Shown: piece after piece, positions 25,814-39,696 of the stretch | Layout: every line of letters starts with the position of its first letter | Numbering within the stretch: position 1 is the first letter of the stretch | From: Entomortierella parvispora E1425 | Taxonomy: Eukaryota > Fungi > Mortierellomycota | Length of the DNA stretch: 64,000 nt | NCBI GenBank assembly: GCA_020891255.1 | Contig: BQFW01000014.1 | Coordinates: 1,736,001 to 1,800,000, forward strand | Reading direction: 5' to 3' | Position numbers and translations under genes: made by a program | Notes under the pieces: generated by a model | What the model was told of the DNA's origin: nothing | The model's database searches: none | What the model saw: the letters and a program-made list of their open reading frames with translations, nothing else

Positions 25814-27335
25814 CTAGAGCATGGCCAATCCTCCAGCGACCGCTGCGATGAATGCAAGGCCAGAAGCCACTGAGAGCTGAGCAGCAGCGCTGTGACCACC
25901 TGTGGTCGAGCTACCACCGGCGGCTCCATTGGTGCCTGTGGGGGCGATGGCCGTGTCCGTGAAGGAGCAGTTGGAGCTGGTGCAGAGACACTCGGCTTTA
26001 ATGGGATCCCACCAGGCGGAGGCACAAGTGGCCGGCACGGGGGTTCTGGCACCGGGTCCAGAGGCCACCACACGTTCGGGCACAGGGTCAGAGGTGGTAG
26101 GGACAGTCTTGGGGCAACCATAGCAAGTGGACCAAGGACCCGCCACAAAGTTACAGGTCTCCAAGACACCCTTGTCAGGCGTTCCCTGTTTGGTATCATC
26201 CAATCCGTTGCAGATCTCCTTGCCGACCGCGGGCAGGTTGCATTTCATGTACGGTTGATCGGCCATTTGACTGTTGGGCACTGGGTTCTGCATCCACTGA
26301 AGCAACTGTTGGTTGGTCACGAACCAAACATCGGGCTTGGCGATGGATGCCATGAATTCATTGTAGAGATCGGTCGCGTTACCGACATGAACAGGGTGAA
26401 GATAGATACCAAAAGGAGCACGGTCGCCATTGTAATGACGGTTAAAGTTGGCTTGGAGCCATCCCCTCACGGCATCGGGTGAACCATCGAGCTGGGCGTC
26501 CATGGTGTGGGGGATGGCCGTGGCCGAATCACTGTCCATGATGGCGTGCATGGGGATCTCCCACATGCCCGGGATCGAAATAGCCTCGTTACAAATTCCA
26601 TTCCAGCAGTCGTTAGCCAGACCATGGTCCAACGTATAGGGCCAGAAAGCATCCGTCGGCACCGCGGCCGTCGAGGAATCGTACAAGAACTTTTCTTGAC
26701 CCAAAATTTGAAAAGTACCCGCGGAATAGTTGAGGAAGGGCGCTCGGAAACCGGACAACTGACTGAAAGGAATTCCAGAGAACGCGTTGATCGCCTTGCG
26801 GCATCCAGTAATCTCATCTAACGATTAGGAGTAGTTCAACGCGGTCAGAAAATGATACTCTTTGGTATTTGTTGTTTTTTCTTTTTTTTTTTTTTTTTCG
26901 TCACATCTTTTGGCTATGCAGGGGAAAGAGTCGAAGACACTGGTTTTTTTTACCTGCTGGTGGAGTTCCGAGATGGTTCATGGTGTGGTCTGCAACCTCA
27001 TTTCCAGCGGCATACCATTGTTGGATAAGCGAAAAGTCAGAGTAAAGTGTTTGTGCAAACCAAGTAGCTTTGATGGGGCATCCGTTCGGGTTGACATGAG
27101 GCGTCATCAACGAATGGGCCACTGGAACAGTGGGTGCTTGTACAGCATCGTCAAAGGTGAGGGTAAAGAACTGGGGTACATCCTTGGGGTTCATGCCCTT
27201 TGGAGGTTTGGTCGAAGGACATACACATTTTGGGTGTACACAAGTGGCGGGATCGCAAGATGCCACCGCCTCAGAGAACCGAGCGAGAAGAAGAGATGAG
27301 GCTACTACAGCCAGTGAGAGTGTGAAAAGGCGCAT
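25814..27335 (-). CDS. Secreted CE4 polysaccharide/chitin deacetylase, probable GPI anchor (1 intron)
   Basis: Signal peptide, motifs TFDDA, DHTMNH, GFRAPFL, YDSS and YLHP, a Cys-rich C-terminal region and a hydrophobic tail. Confidence 0.88.
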
Positions 27336-28017
27336 GGTGGTCGTTGTGATCGAGTAGAAATGCAATAGGCAAGAGCCGGGAGTCCAATGACGATCGGTGG
27401 TGGGAGTATAGAGATGAGCGGACGGAAAGAGAGAGAGGAGGGCGAAAGGAGGAGGGGAAAGAGTGAGGGAATGCGGGGTGAGCGAGCCAAGATTTTTTAA
27501 CCGGGAGATGAAGCGGTGGCGGGCGACGACGGCGCGCCGGTTTTTGGATGATAGAGTGCACCCGCCCGCCTTTACCGAAAGGAGAGAGGGGTTCACTTTC
27601 CCAGGTCAAGGGCAGCGAGGAAGACGGGGAAAAGCATTGTCTTGGATACCGCACAGAGGCTTTGCTTTTGCACGTCTAGGATCAAGGAGCTCAAGGAGGC
27701 GGTGAAGTTTAGCCCTTGGAGTCAAAGACACTGTCTCTCCAAGGGGCTCAAGGGGCTCAAGATTTGTGCCCTCTCAAGGCTCCTCGTGTATTGATGCTGC
27801 ATACTACGGAGCGCAGCAGAGGGGTTCTCAGGGCCAAACGCTGACTCGATCTGGGTTGGTACACCGAACTGGAAGGCGTAGCACTTCTTGTAGGCGACGC
27901 GTTAACTTTGCTTTTTGCAGGTTCGTGCACGTGTGCAAGGTATCATGCAATTGGGGATCATTCCAGGACTGGAGGGCCAGCTGCCCGCACAACCTGCCTT
28001 TTTTCTAGAAACCTTCA

Positions 28018-28288
28018 TAGATGGCCCTCTCTTGGCCCACAGAAATTAAAAAAGAAGTCCCTGGAGCAGCGCTTGGGCCTCTCAACGCCTGAGTCGTTCA
28101 GTTTTTGAAGAATTCGCGTGTTGCGGCCATGAGGCCCGACTTTTGCGCTGGCCCCAAAATTGTCCACACAGACCCGCTAGAGCGGCCCACAACCAAGCCT
28201 GACTGCTCCCCAGATTTTCTTTTATTTGCGAATTTTCAGCAAGCCCAGAGTGCGGCCTGACTCTGCCAGACCCAGAACAACCCCCTTC
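28018..28288. repeat. Direct repeat copy 1 (~270 bp)
   Basis: Aligns by eye with 31897-32151, which lacks a 19-nt internal segment. Confidence 0.9.
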
Positions 28289-28367
28289 TTGTGCCGCAAC
28301 GAGGCATTTGCCTGCTTCTGTAAGAGGCATTTGCCTGCTTCTGTAAGAGACATTGCGCACGGGCCAT

Positions 28368-28419
28368 GGGGTCAGAAGGCAGAGGTCTTTTCTTAGAGGC
28401 TACTCTGCCTTCTGACCCC
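28368..28419. repeat. Perfect 17-bp inverted repeat with 18-nt spacer
   Basis: GGGGTCAGAAGGCAGAG (28368-28384) and CTCTGCCTTCTGACCCC (28403-28419). Confidence 0.9.
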
Positions 28420-29312
28420 GGCTAAGGTTGGCCCTTGTTGAACCTGAAGTAGGTCGATTCGAACTTGTTGTCCATGTGTATTCAAATGGGTGGGGTGGTT
28501 GGCAAGGTGGGATGGTTGAAAGTCTTCTGGGGCTGTGGAGCGATCGTGTGTGTGTGTGTGTGTGGCAGTGCGTATTTACGAGAACTCTCGCAGATGGCCA
28601 ACGGTGCTCACCAATGGCGCGAAAAAAACATGCTGTCGATCGATCCCCTCCCACAATATACCATAGGCCCCGTGTTCTTGACGAGTGCTACGCTTTTGGG
28701 GGAGACAAGGGCGCCATCTATGTGCGCAAGGCATGGCTCACAGCCTGCTCTTGGGTGAATCTACAGAGACGGCAGTATGGAGGCTGCTGGCGCTTTGAGC
28801 TGGCCGCTGCACACCGACGGGCCGCCAGCCCCTGGACGCCGGCTGCTTGCAGCCAGCCCACGTGCTGAGTAGCTCGACGCACCGCTGGTGGCAGCGGCAG
28901 GCGTGTGTGGCGCTTCTCCGAGACGTTCGCAGGGCGGCGCCTCCACGGCACTGTGCCACGGCCACGATGCACAGGCTTGTTGCCAACACGTCTGCGTGGC
29001 GACGAGCGCAAAGCATACCAGCGCACCACTAAGAGTGCTTCGGAGGCCCGTGCCGTGCGGTGCGATGTGTACAGTAGCAACGGTACAGCACCCGCCGTAG
29101 CGCCTCTCGTAGCCTTGTTGCATATGGCCAGCCATGCTGCGGCCAACACTGGAACAGTGAAGCCGCAGCCTCAGACTTGTGCTTGACACGTGACTTCTGA
29201 ATATGATTGCACGTTACCATCAACAAACGGAATGGAAATGTCCTCTCCTTCACCATCCACCCACCTCCATTCCATTTCACACACCCCGTCTTTTCTCTAC
29301 AATCAATCCTCC

Positions 29313-31016
29313 ATGGCGACAGACACACTCACACTCTTCTGTATCATCAGTGGCGATCCACTGTCATTCGCATTCCCAGTCAAGGTGCAGTCCTCTGCCT
29401 CCGTCGACGAACTCAAGAAAGCCATCAAGGAGACGCAAAAGGATGCACCTCATTTTACAATCCCTGCCAACGAACTGGTGCTCTGGCAAGCTACGGTCCC
29501 CACTGACAAGAATACAGGAGGCGAACGCATCATCGAGCTTGATAGTCTGGACGACAAGACGAAGCTTGACAACCCAAGGACAAGCCTTTCCAAGCTGATT
29601 GTTGATGACAGCACATACATCATTGTCGAGCGACCCAAAGGTATGCGAAAAGGTTTTCCTGATGGTGGTGTGTGAGTTTTGCCGGTTAGAGAGAGCTCTT
29701 TTCTACTCTGCTTTCTAGCTCATGGTCTGTGCACGGCTTACTAATCTGGTCTCCCCACATTTTCTTGTTGCCTCCTGTAGCCCATGCAGGCAGGCCTCTT
29801 GGTGAAATATACTCTCCAATGCATTGGGATGAATGTTTCATTGAATGAATATTTCATTGGACTGAAAGCTGATGATAACATCTTTTTCTTTCTAACCATT
29901 TACTGATGCATAATTCACAGGCTTAAAGCGCGATTTCGACACTGCAATGTTGGAAGGACTAGAAAAAATCATGACGATTCTACATGGTAGGTGGAGCTGT
30001 GTCGTGTTGTCTATGATGTGGCAGCTGTGTCATCTATTCGACCTTTTTATGAATTTAAATTAGAACTGAAAGAGGAAAAAAAATCCGTGATTTCGTTGTC
30101 AAGAGTCACAGAGCGCGAGTTCAGAGATATCATGAACGAGAACGGACTTGCGCAACGAGCTATTAGCTTTGCTGTAGACCCTACTACTCTCCCCGCCGCC
30201 ATTCCAGGAAGGCACATCGAGCCTTTTGCCTGGGGTCCTGAAAGTGAGGCTGCTCAGGCGGACGATTGTAAGGAATGGCTGGAAAACAACACCCGCCTTC
30301 CTGAAGGCATTTTATTTTGCATCACTTCAAGAAACGCCAACCTCCTCCGTACCATGTCAGCAAGTACCAAATACGAGCTCAATGGAACCACTGATATGGT
30401 GATTTTACCAGAAGAGTACCTCAATACCACACTTCTGGTTCCTGGACTTCAAATTGGCATTGAATTGAAGAAGTCTGATGTCGGCTATCAAAAGCACACC
30501 TTCGAAGCCACTCTGCAACTCCTATCAGCAAGCCTGTCGTCAAATTTCTGTCCCGTGATAGTTCTCACAGACTTGAAGGAGTATTGGCGTTTTTTCTGGC
30601 TTGAACCACGTGTGATTGTGACCTGCGAGTTTGGTCTTCAGGATGGCGTAGCCTTACTTGAGAAAATCGCGCACGAACCTCGACCGACTCCGATCGTCGA
30701 TACTGCCTTCCAGAGCATCCCGGCCACTGATGCCACCCCATATAGGAGAAGATGCCAATTCACAGAAGCTGTTCGAAGAACCCCCGTGGAAGATGTCGTG
30801 TTACCAGAAGGATCCTCATCAGCACATCAGGTGAGGAAACTTCAAAGGACTGTAACAGACATCACAGATTCTCTTCCGGGGGGGGATGTTGCAGATATGA
30901 GAGATTTTTTTGATGTCATGACCGAGGAGGAGAAAAGCAAGTGGTGGACGAAATGTGCCCTTGAGGTTATGAAGAATAGTCCAGCACTTCAGGCACTTAT
31001 ACCTGACGGTTACTGA
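29313..31016 (+). CDS. Crinkler (CRN) family protein: ubiquitin-like CRN header plus probable restriction-endonuclease-fold C-terminus
   Basis: Header LTLFCIISGD..AFPVKV....VDELKKAIK....A.ELVLW...YIIVERP ends at an intron. The C-terminal exon has IGIELKK..QLLSAS..PVIVLTDL..WRFFWL. Confidence 0.85.
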
Positions 31017-31896
31017 TATATTTCTTTACTCCGTTTCCTTCGGTGTTTTGTCGACATTCAATTTTGTTCTCGATTTTCACACATACACAACATAAAGTAA
31101 GCTGTACCCTCGTCCAAGACGCAGCAAAGCTCAATACTAGTCACTTCTGCACCCTTCGTCCAAGACACGGCATATCTCAATACTAGTCACTTGCATTTCA
31201 ATAAGGAAGAAAACTATCAGCATTTGTAAAACAAATGCCATCCCTTCGCTTTCTCCTTGCAATAAACTTGGATCAAATTTATCAGAGGAAGAGGTCGCTA
31301 TATGGATCGTAGAGCATACTAAGGTGATACTGTACTTTCATTGATTGCTCCGTGTTGGTTACGCGGGAATCAGCTGTGCGGTCTTTGGCTACCGTGCAAT
31401 CCTCATCCACAGAAAAGATATTTTGGTGTGCGGTCTAAATCCACCGACATTTGGCTTTGGATTGCCATACACTCTCACTCTTTGGTGATATCTCAAATGG
31501 CTATCGCTGCTGTCGCATGTGGCGAGCTCGGTATGCGTGCTTCTCCCTTTTCACTCTACCTGTGGCCTGGTAAAGAGCATAGATATAGTCCAACCTCCTC
31601 CCATCAAAAAGACCCACTGCTAACAATGCCCAGGCGGTTTACTACCACTATTATAGTGCAACAGTCTGGTTTTGATGAAAAGAGAGGAAGAATTAAAAGA
31701 ATTGACTCTGAGGACGAATGCTGGCTTCCCCGGGAAAGCGGCTCTATGTTGTTTTATACCCTCAATGAGCTTTTGCAGCTCGCTCTCGTTGATAAATTCG
31801 CCTCTGTGCACGTAAATGCTGGACAGTCGTTACCAGATGTGTCACATACTCGTGATTGTAGTACATCAAAAGGCATGTCAGGGAGCTTCATACATG

Positions 31897-32151
31897 TAGA
31901 TGGCCCTCTCCTGGCCCACAGAAATAAAAAAAAAAAAGGTCCCTGGAGCAGCGCCTGGGCCTCCCAACGCCTGAGTCGTTCAGTTTTTGAAGAATTCGCG
32001 TGTTGCGGCCATGAGGCCCGACTTTTGCGCCGGCCCCAAAATTGTCGGCCCACAACCGAGCCTGACTGCTCTCCAGATTTTTTTTCTATTTGCGAATTTT
32101 CAGCAAGCCCAGAGCGCGGCCTGACTCTTCCAGACCCAGAACAATCCCCTA
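31897..32151. repeat. Direct repeat copy 2 (~255 bp)
   Basis: Same orientation as 28018-28288; ends about 55 bp from the YIP1 stop codon. Confidence 0.9.
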
Positions 32152-32206
32152 AGGAGATGCAGGTTTTTATTTTGAAGGTGCAGGCCCTGTATACAATGTG
32201 GCTGAA

Positions 32207-33287
<1,081 letters not shown>

Positions 33288-33804
33288 TGGCTAATGTGCA
33301 AAAAACGCGAGATGACGACTTGATTGAAGGTTTGTCTGGGTGAGCGTGGGTCGAGTTAGACTATAGTTCCAAGGTCAGAGAATTGAAATATCCTTGAGTG
33401 TATTGATTCCAGAGATGTTGATGCGACAGGGGATGAAAGATGAGACGAGATGAAAGAGAAGGAGGTGGGTGTACTGTATGCTTGTGGGTGAGCATCGAGA
33501 CGATGTGAAGGTGCATGAACTTGCCACGATGATGACTTACGGGGCGCATAATGGTCACGTGATGATTGACATGTGCAGACAGACAGACTGACAGACAGAC
33601 GAACAAAAGAAGCGGCGATCGCCTTCCTGGGAGAGCAGACCGACCAAGAGAGGACACAAAAAGGAACCAATTTTTCGTTCAGTCATTTGTTCTTCAGCCC
33701 CTTCTCTCCTCTCTATTTGCTGCATCGCACCCATCTCCTTCCGCAGCCTCCATCTGCGCGACCCCTTGCCCTCCATCATCCCCTCGACCATCCTGTCCGC
33801 TGCA

Positions 33805-35807
33805 ATGACAAGGGTCATCCCCACCATTGACCCGACCTCCTCCTTCCAGGCTGGACCCACTGAAGAGCCGGAGACCGTTGGCCTAATCTGTAAAGTGTCA
33901 AAGCGCAGCCGTCTCAGTCCATGGCGCCTTATGTCCGTAGCGTCCGTGCTAACCTTTTGTTTGCTCTCTTTTTCATCTACACAAAAGTGGTGTCTTCATC
34001 CCCTGACAAGACCCGTCCTCCTCAACAGCAACCGGCCCATTTCACATTCTCACAAACCAGAGTTGTTTCTTCGGCTCTGGACATCACCCGGGCCACGGCC
34101 GAGTTCTCTCGAGACTGCTCGCTCGTCTTTGTTCTGAACCTGGAATATGCACACAAGGACGAAAGCGCGACCTTGCAACAGCAGGAAATGATCCTTGGAG
34201 CTATTGCGGATGCTTTCGGTCAGGATCTGTGGCAGAACAAAAATGACCGGACAACTCACTGCCCTTGCGACCGATCGCAGGACGCCACCCACGCCCAGGG
34301 CGCAACAGTACGGACGAATGGATCTGTGGCAAGGAAGCAGTTGTACTCTGGGCGCACACCTTGCAAAGCAGAGACGCATTATATCTCTGTTTCGGGGACC
34401 TCGACTCTTCAGCCTGTGATCTCGGTGCACAATGTTCACACCCTGATCCAGCCCCTCGACCAATATACCCTGGACGACAACAGCATTTCAATCGTCCCTT
34501 TGCTGGACTCTCTTTACTTGAGTCGACCCTCTTTTGTTTCTCCCGTTGACAGTCTTCAGGTCATGAGGGACGTGTATCGTCTTGTAGACCTAGCTCGCCA
34601 AGCAGACGAAGAAAATTCTCAAGAGGAGCAATTGAAATCAAACTTGAACAGAGACGGTCCCTCGGCAGTAACGGCGTCAGACTCGGATCTACTGTGCAAA
34701 CGGGATCAAGAGTGCTGGAAGAGCGTTCGACATGCTGTTGAAGTCATAGAGGATGCAGTCAAGCGCTACGGGTAACAACAGGGGAAACGGCGGTCTCTTT
34801 TTTGTGCTCCGTAGTTTTTTTTTAGCCAGCGCCTAACCAGATTGATTTTGTTTTGCCACGCTTTTTAGACCTGGTGGCACCTCTCTTTCGTTCAATGGAG
34901 GCAAGGATTGCACCGTCATCCTGCATCTTTACGTTGCTGTACTCTACAAGATCTATGGTTCTCAACTTCAACCCACCTCTGAAACCCCGCAATCGACAGA
35001 AGGACAAAGACAACAACATCCTCAACAATTTGCGATCCCTTCGATCTATGTTACACACAGGAATCCATTTGGACAGGTTGAGCGTTTTGTGGATGACGAG
35101 ATTCAACGGTACAACCTGGATCTCCTCAGGATACCTGGACCTATGAAGAAGGCGCTCGAAGATTACAACGCGCTAAAGGGCGAATCCATCAAGGCCATCA
35201 TGGTTGGAACCAGACGCGACGACCCCCATGGAGGTATCTTGTTCATTTTCATCGATCCACTCCAATAGTTATTCTTTTTTTGTGTATTCCGTCGTACTTA
35301 CGAAGTAATTGTGTCCATTGATTACACATAGCCAAGCTGCAGGCCTTCACTCCCTGTGATCCATCTTGGCCACCATTTATGAGAATCCACCCTATCCTAG
35401 ACTGGACATACCATGACATTTGGACATTCTTGCGGGCCATCAATGTCCCCTATTGTGGGCTGTACGACCTTGGCTATACCTCTTTGGGCGGACGCGATGA
35501 TACCTTCCCCAACCCGCAACTCAGGCGTCTAAGCATCGGACCGTTCTTTGACAGCGCGGCCATCTCAGCCCTTCAGGAGCATGGACCCCATGCCGGCATT
35601 GAACTGGTTTGCGATCACGACTGCAAAACCGGCACTGCCACTTCCGCCACCACTACCACCGATGCACGCTCTCAAAACAAAAGTTCCAACCTGCTTGAAA
35701 AGCTGGAAAAAGTCGACAAGCGACTGGATCGGTTAGAGGAGTCCTTTTTATTTGGCCCTGCTTGGAAGCTCTCTGGAGGCGAGAGCGAGCGCTGTGGACG
35801 AGCATAG
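33805..35807 (+). CDS. FAD1: FAD synthase (PAPS-reductase fold) with long N-terminal extension
   Basis: [42 protein letters not shown] and YDLGYTSLG are present; GT-AG joins are in frame. Confidence 0.9.
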
Positions 35808-36015
35808 ACGACAAGCAAGAAAATATCAAATAAATAAACCCAAAAGAAAAAAGAGACATTGCTTTTTTCGTGCAACTACTCCCTCCTCGCTCATGCCCGC
35901 TTTCTGTTCGAAAGAAAAAGACCAGATCGACACGCCAAGTGCCAAGTCGTCTACTTGACGCCAGGTGGCAAAAGTACACTCAAAAACGAAAAAAATGCTT
36001 GGGAAGCAAAAGAAG

Positions 36016-36087
36016 CTCCTCGACCGGGAATTGAACCCGGGTCTTCCGCGTGACAGGCGGAGATACTCACCACTATACTATCGGGGA
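36016..36087 (-). tRNA. tRNA-Asp(GTC)
   Basis: 72 nt, TCCCCGATAGTATAGTGGT...CTGTCAC...GGTTCAATTCCCGGTCGAGGAG; folds as a cloverleaf with GTC anticodon and intact A/B boxes. Confidence 0.95.
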
Positions 36088-36571
36088 TTTTCAGATATTG
36101 ACTAGCATCCAAAATCATTTTTGATTGTCCAGGTCGTTGTGTCACGTGATGCATACACGTGACTGATTTCCTGGTCTTGCGCCACCAAAAAAACGCGCGC
36201 TTTTTTCGTTGTCTGCGGGAACCGGGGAACCGGGTGCCCCAAGGAAAGCGCGTGCTGAACGTCATGGAAAGAACAGGGGGAGTGAAGTACTTCTTGGAAA
36301 AGGATCTCGGAAACTAGTGACGAACGAGTATGAAAGGCCACAGAGGGGACTGGGCCTGGCCTTGCTCCCGTCCTTTGGTCGCATTGTTACGAAACCAGGT
36401 TGCATGGGCCGGCATGGACGGGTTGTGCAATGCAAAAGCATTTTATTTAGTCCGTCTCCCTTGGGTGGAGCAGGCGCGCCTGCGTATTTGTACTTACAAT
36501 TAGCAGACAATAAACCACCATACCGCGAGGGACCCTTTGACAAGAAAAAAAAAAGAAAAAAAAAGCGGGAT

Positions 36572-37350
36572 TTATTGTCTGCGTTCAGCACACGCAGAGA
36601 CCCTTGACGATATTCCTGCCGGTTTACTTCCATCGGAGATGGACGTAATGCAGTCATAATAGTGGGCCAATTGGAAATGTTCCCGCAGATCCACAAGTTC
36701 GTCCTGGTAGTCCTTGATCTTCCTTTCTCGCTGAAATCTCAAAGCTTTCAATGCCGGTGTCTCGTTGATGAACGTGGTGGATGACTTGGGCGGCACGATC
36801 CTTCAACACTGACGTGACAGCACTCTTAGTGTCTGAGCTCAGCCGGTAATCAGTCCGAGTCGTTGGTCGCGGAATGCCTTTTCGGCCGCAGTCCTCGATA
36901 CCTTTGATAAACCTGATGCTCGCGGTCTCTTGGGTCGGGCAGAACAACGTCTTGATCTTGTCTTTCAGGAAAAGTGGCGTCAATCCGTGGTAGGCGTCGA
37001 TGACCGTCCATTGTCGCCATGCGAGTGATTTATTCTTAGTATAGGACCTTGCTAGAATCCTTACGGATCCTAGGTGCCAGGTCTGATGCTCTGGAGAGGC
37101 AGACCTGTTTCGGTGCTTGGTCGGATCATCACTCTTCTTGGATTTGTGCGACCCTTCAAGGCTACAGACAATCTTCACTAGAAAAAAAGGAAGAAAAAAA
37201 ACAGCCAAAGTTAGACATCAGGACAGGACATAGAGATTGAGGTGGTCATCCAACATACCTGCTGATTCTTCGGACCTTCCCACCCTCGTCTTGAATCCGA
37301 ACTGGGCAGCCCATGTCTTGATGTGCTCTTCTACCCTCTTCCGACCTTTA
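36572..37350 (-). pseudogene. Degenerate FAR1/WRKY-like (Mutator-type) DNA-binding gene remnant
   Basis: VEEHIKTWAAQFGFKTRVGRS, then an intron, then IVCSLEG.HKSKK....HRNRSAS resembles the FAR1 N-terminal pattern; the downstream frames break. Confidence 0.45.
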
Positions 37351-39696
37351 AAGACTGAGTTGATTATTAGCATGCTGTAGGTTAGGTGGACAGGCGACCT
37401 TTGGTTGTCTTATTTGGAGAGTGATTATTGCCAGTGAAGAAGGCAACCATGATACGCAAAAGGACCCCGTAAGACGATTCACTAGACTGTTTAGACTGAG
37501 GATGATAAGCAGGCGCAAAAACGCTCGTGAAAAAGATCTATGGCTTGACGTGAATATAGAGATTAGGGACGAGGGAGGTGGGTAGAAAAAGTGAACAGAT
37601 GTAGGTTATTATCAACTGAATGATGAGGGTCGAATTGGAGGAAAAGGATGAAATGGGCGAAGTCGAAAATCAGGAAGACTGTAGTTGTTGTGCTTCAATT
37701 TGCATCGACGCGTTAGCGGGGAGGGGCAGACGGTCGTGAAACTCATCCACCGCGCCAGACTGCGATTGTCAAGAGTAGTTGCCAGCGGAAAGGGTGGGCC
37801 TAGAAATTTGCTATACAGACTCCAAGATGGTACTCACATAGTTTTGGTTTCCCGCTCAATGGGATGAAGAGCAGAATCTTTCGGCGAGGGAAGACACTGG
37901 CAAAATCCGCCCACGTGAACAGAAGCATGGATATTGAGGATCATAGGGAAAGGGTAGTTATATATCTCTCCCCATGTCCTCGAACGCGTGCGACTCTGTT
38001 CTTTGGAACAGTGGAGATGCCTGTGCTCCGAGGAAGGTCATGGGCGGAATAAAGCTGACATGGGAAGAGAGGAGAAATGAACTTCCCCTTACACGACTCA
38101 TCATTCACGCGCCAACTTTTGCATGAAGCATGGTCGTGTTTCCACGCAATGATGCAAACAAAAGCTGACGCGTGCGTGTGTGATGAGAAGTGCGATGCGT
38201 GGAGTAAAGAGATGAATGTTCCAGTTGTTTTTTTTTTTTTTTTTTTTTTTTGCATGCTTGCATGCGTTCGTCATGCAAGACCAAGCCACCTGCCTTGACG
38301 TTTGCCGTTGAGACAAAATCATCTTAATCTGCGCCAACCCTCGGATCTTGGCTCGTTCCATCGAATTACGGGTCGTCATCGTTAGGTAAATCTTGACCCT
38401 GCGGTGCGCCGTGTGTGTTTGCTTTCAGCACTTATCGAGGACGACCATATTCACTGTGTTGGTATGAGTCCAGCTGTAGACGAGCACATCTCTTGTTGTG
38501 AGGCAGGTGATCATCATATGCGAATCAAGGAAGCCAAGGCAACTGGAATGAACGGGATAGAACTCCACTCCTCATATGATCTCGTTACTTGTTGGCAACC
38601 TGGAAACGGAAGGGAGGCATTGGAGGCGTTGGCATTTTTGTAGAATCTCACCGAGTGCTTTACTGTCAACCCGAATGGGTGAGGTTGGGTGTCTGACCGC
38701 AATGATATCGTTCTTCGTGATTTGTGAAGCAAGATCACTCATTTTGCGATGCTGTTCTTGTGCCAGGCTGTTCATTTACCTGTTGTGGTTGGTGCAACCA
38801 AAAAAAAAAAAAAAAAAAAAAAAAAGTCCAAAGATTCAAATGATCGTCAGGGTGCATTGCCAGTTCTATTCTCAGCGAAAGACCCATCTCCACGCCGTTT
38901 CGAATGTTGGATGGCGGAAGATACTTTGACCGGACCTGGCGTTGGTTAGCGCTGTGGACATAGACGATGGTCGGCTCTCTGACCATAGTCGATCCAACGG
39001 GAAAGGTCGACGGACCCTGCTGCTGTAAGGAAATTAGATAGTGTACATGTACCTGACCAACATCATACAGCACAGTACATGTACGTGTCGACGTTTTTGT
39101 CTTCCTGAACGATGTTCAAACTTCATAAAGGGTTCACCACAATCTCCTTGGGGGTTGCTGGGATCATTGCCTGTCCTCTTCAAGCAGAAAATAATAATTT
39201 GAGAGGGCCGGGCACAATCTTTTAATTTCATCACCGAGAATCAAGGCACGGGCACGTTTCAAACCCTGGGCCCTGGCAGAATTTTCTCTTTACTGGGGGG
39301 TCCTCAAATGGTAGCCGACTATTGGTCTCCATGGGAGTCAAGGTTGCTGTCGGGTTATGTCCCCTGTGAAACAGCTTGCCGCAGTTTATGCACAGCCCTT
39401 CTACGGTACCTTTAGGTGACTATGGTACAGGCGGTTTGTAGCATATTATTGAGACGCTTCCTGGACATTGACGGTCCATAAAGTCACGTGACCAAGTCGG
39501 CCAATCGTCGTCGCGCCTGCAGTCCATTATTGGCCCGATGAACCAGCCCATGAAATTGAACAAGGGCCAAAAAACAGATATTTTCTTTTTGTCCACGGGA
39601 ATAAAGGGGGGTTGTCAGGCGCCTGGGCCCGTTCATGCATGCGGCACATTTGCTACATCATTCTTTTACATTCTTTCATTGGCGCACCTTCTCCAA

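Noticed and set aside
28700-29190. Cluster of overlapping GC-rich short ORFs
   Set aside because: Expected by chance at high GC; no domain or long inverted repeat found.
28018-32151. LTR retrotransposon interpretation of the direct repeats
   Set aside because: No TG..CA ends, primer-binding site, polypurine tract, TSD or gag/pol sequence.
38400-39480. Fragmented minus-strand ORFs upstream of Crypton
   Set aside because: Possibly a decayed TE gene, but I could not assign any family or consistent frame.
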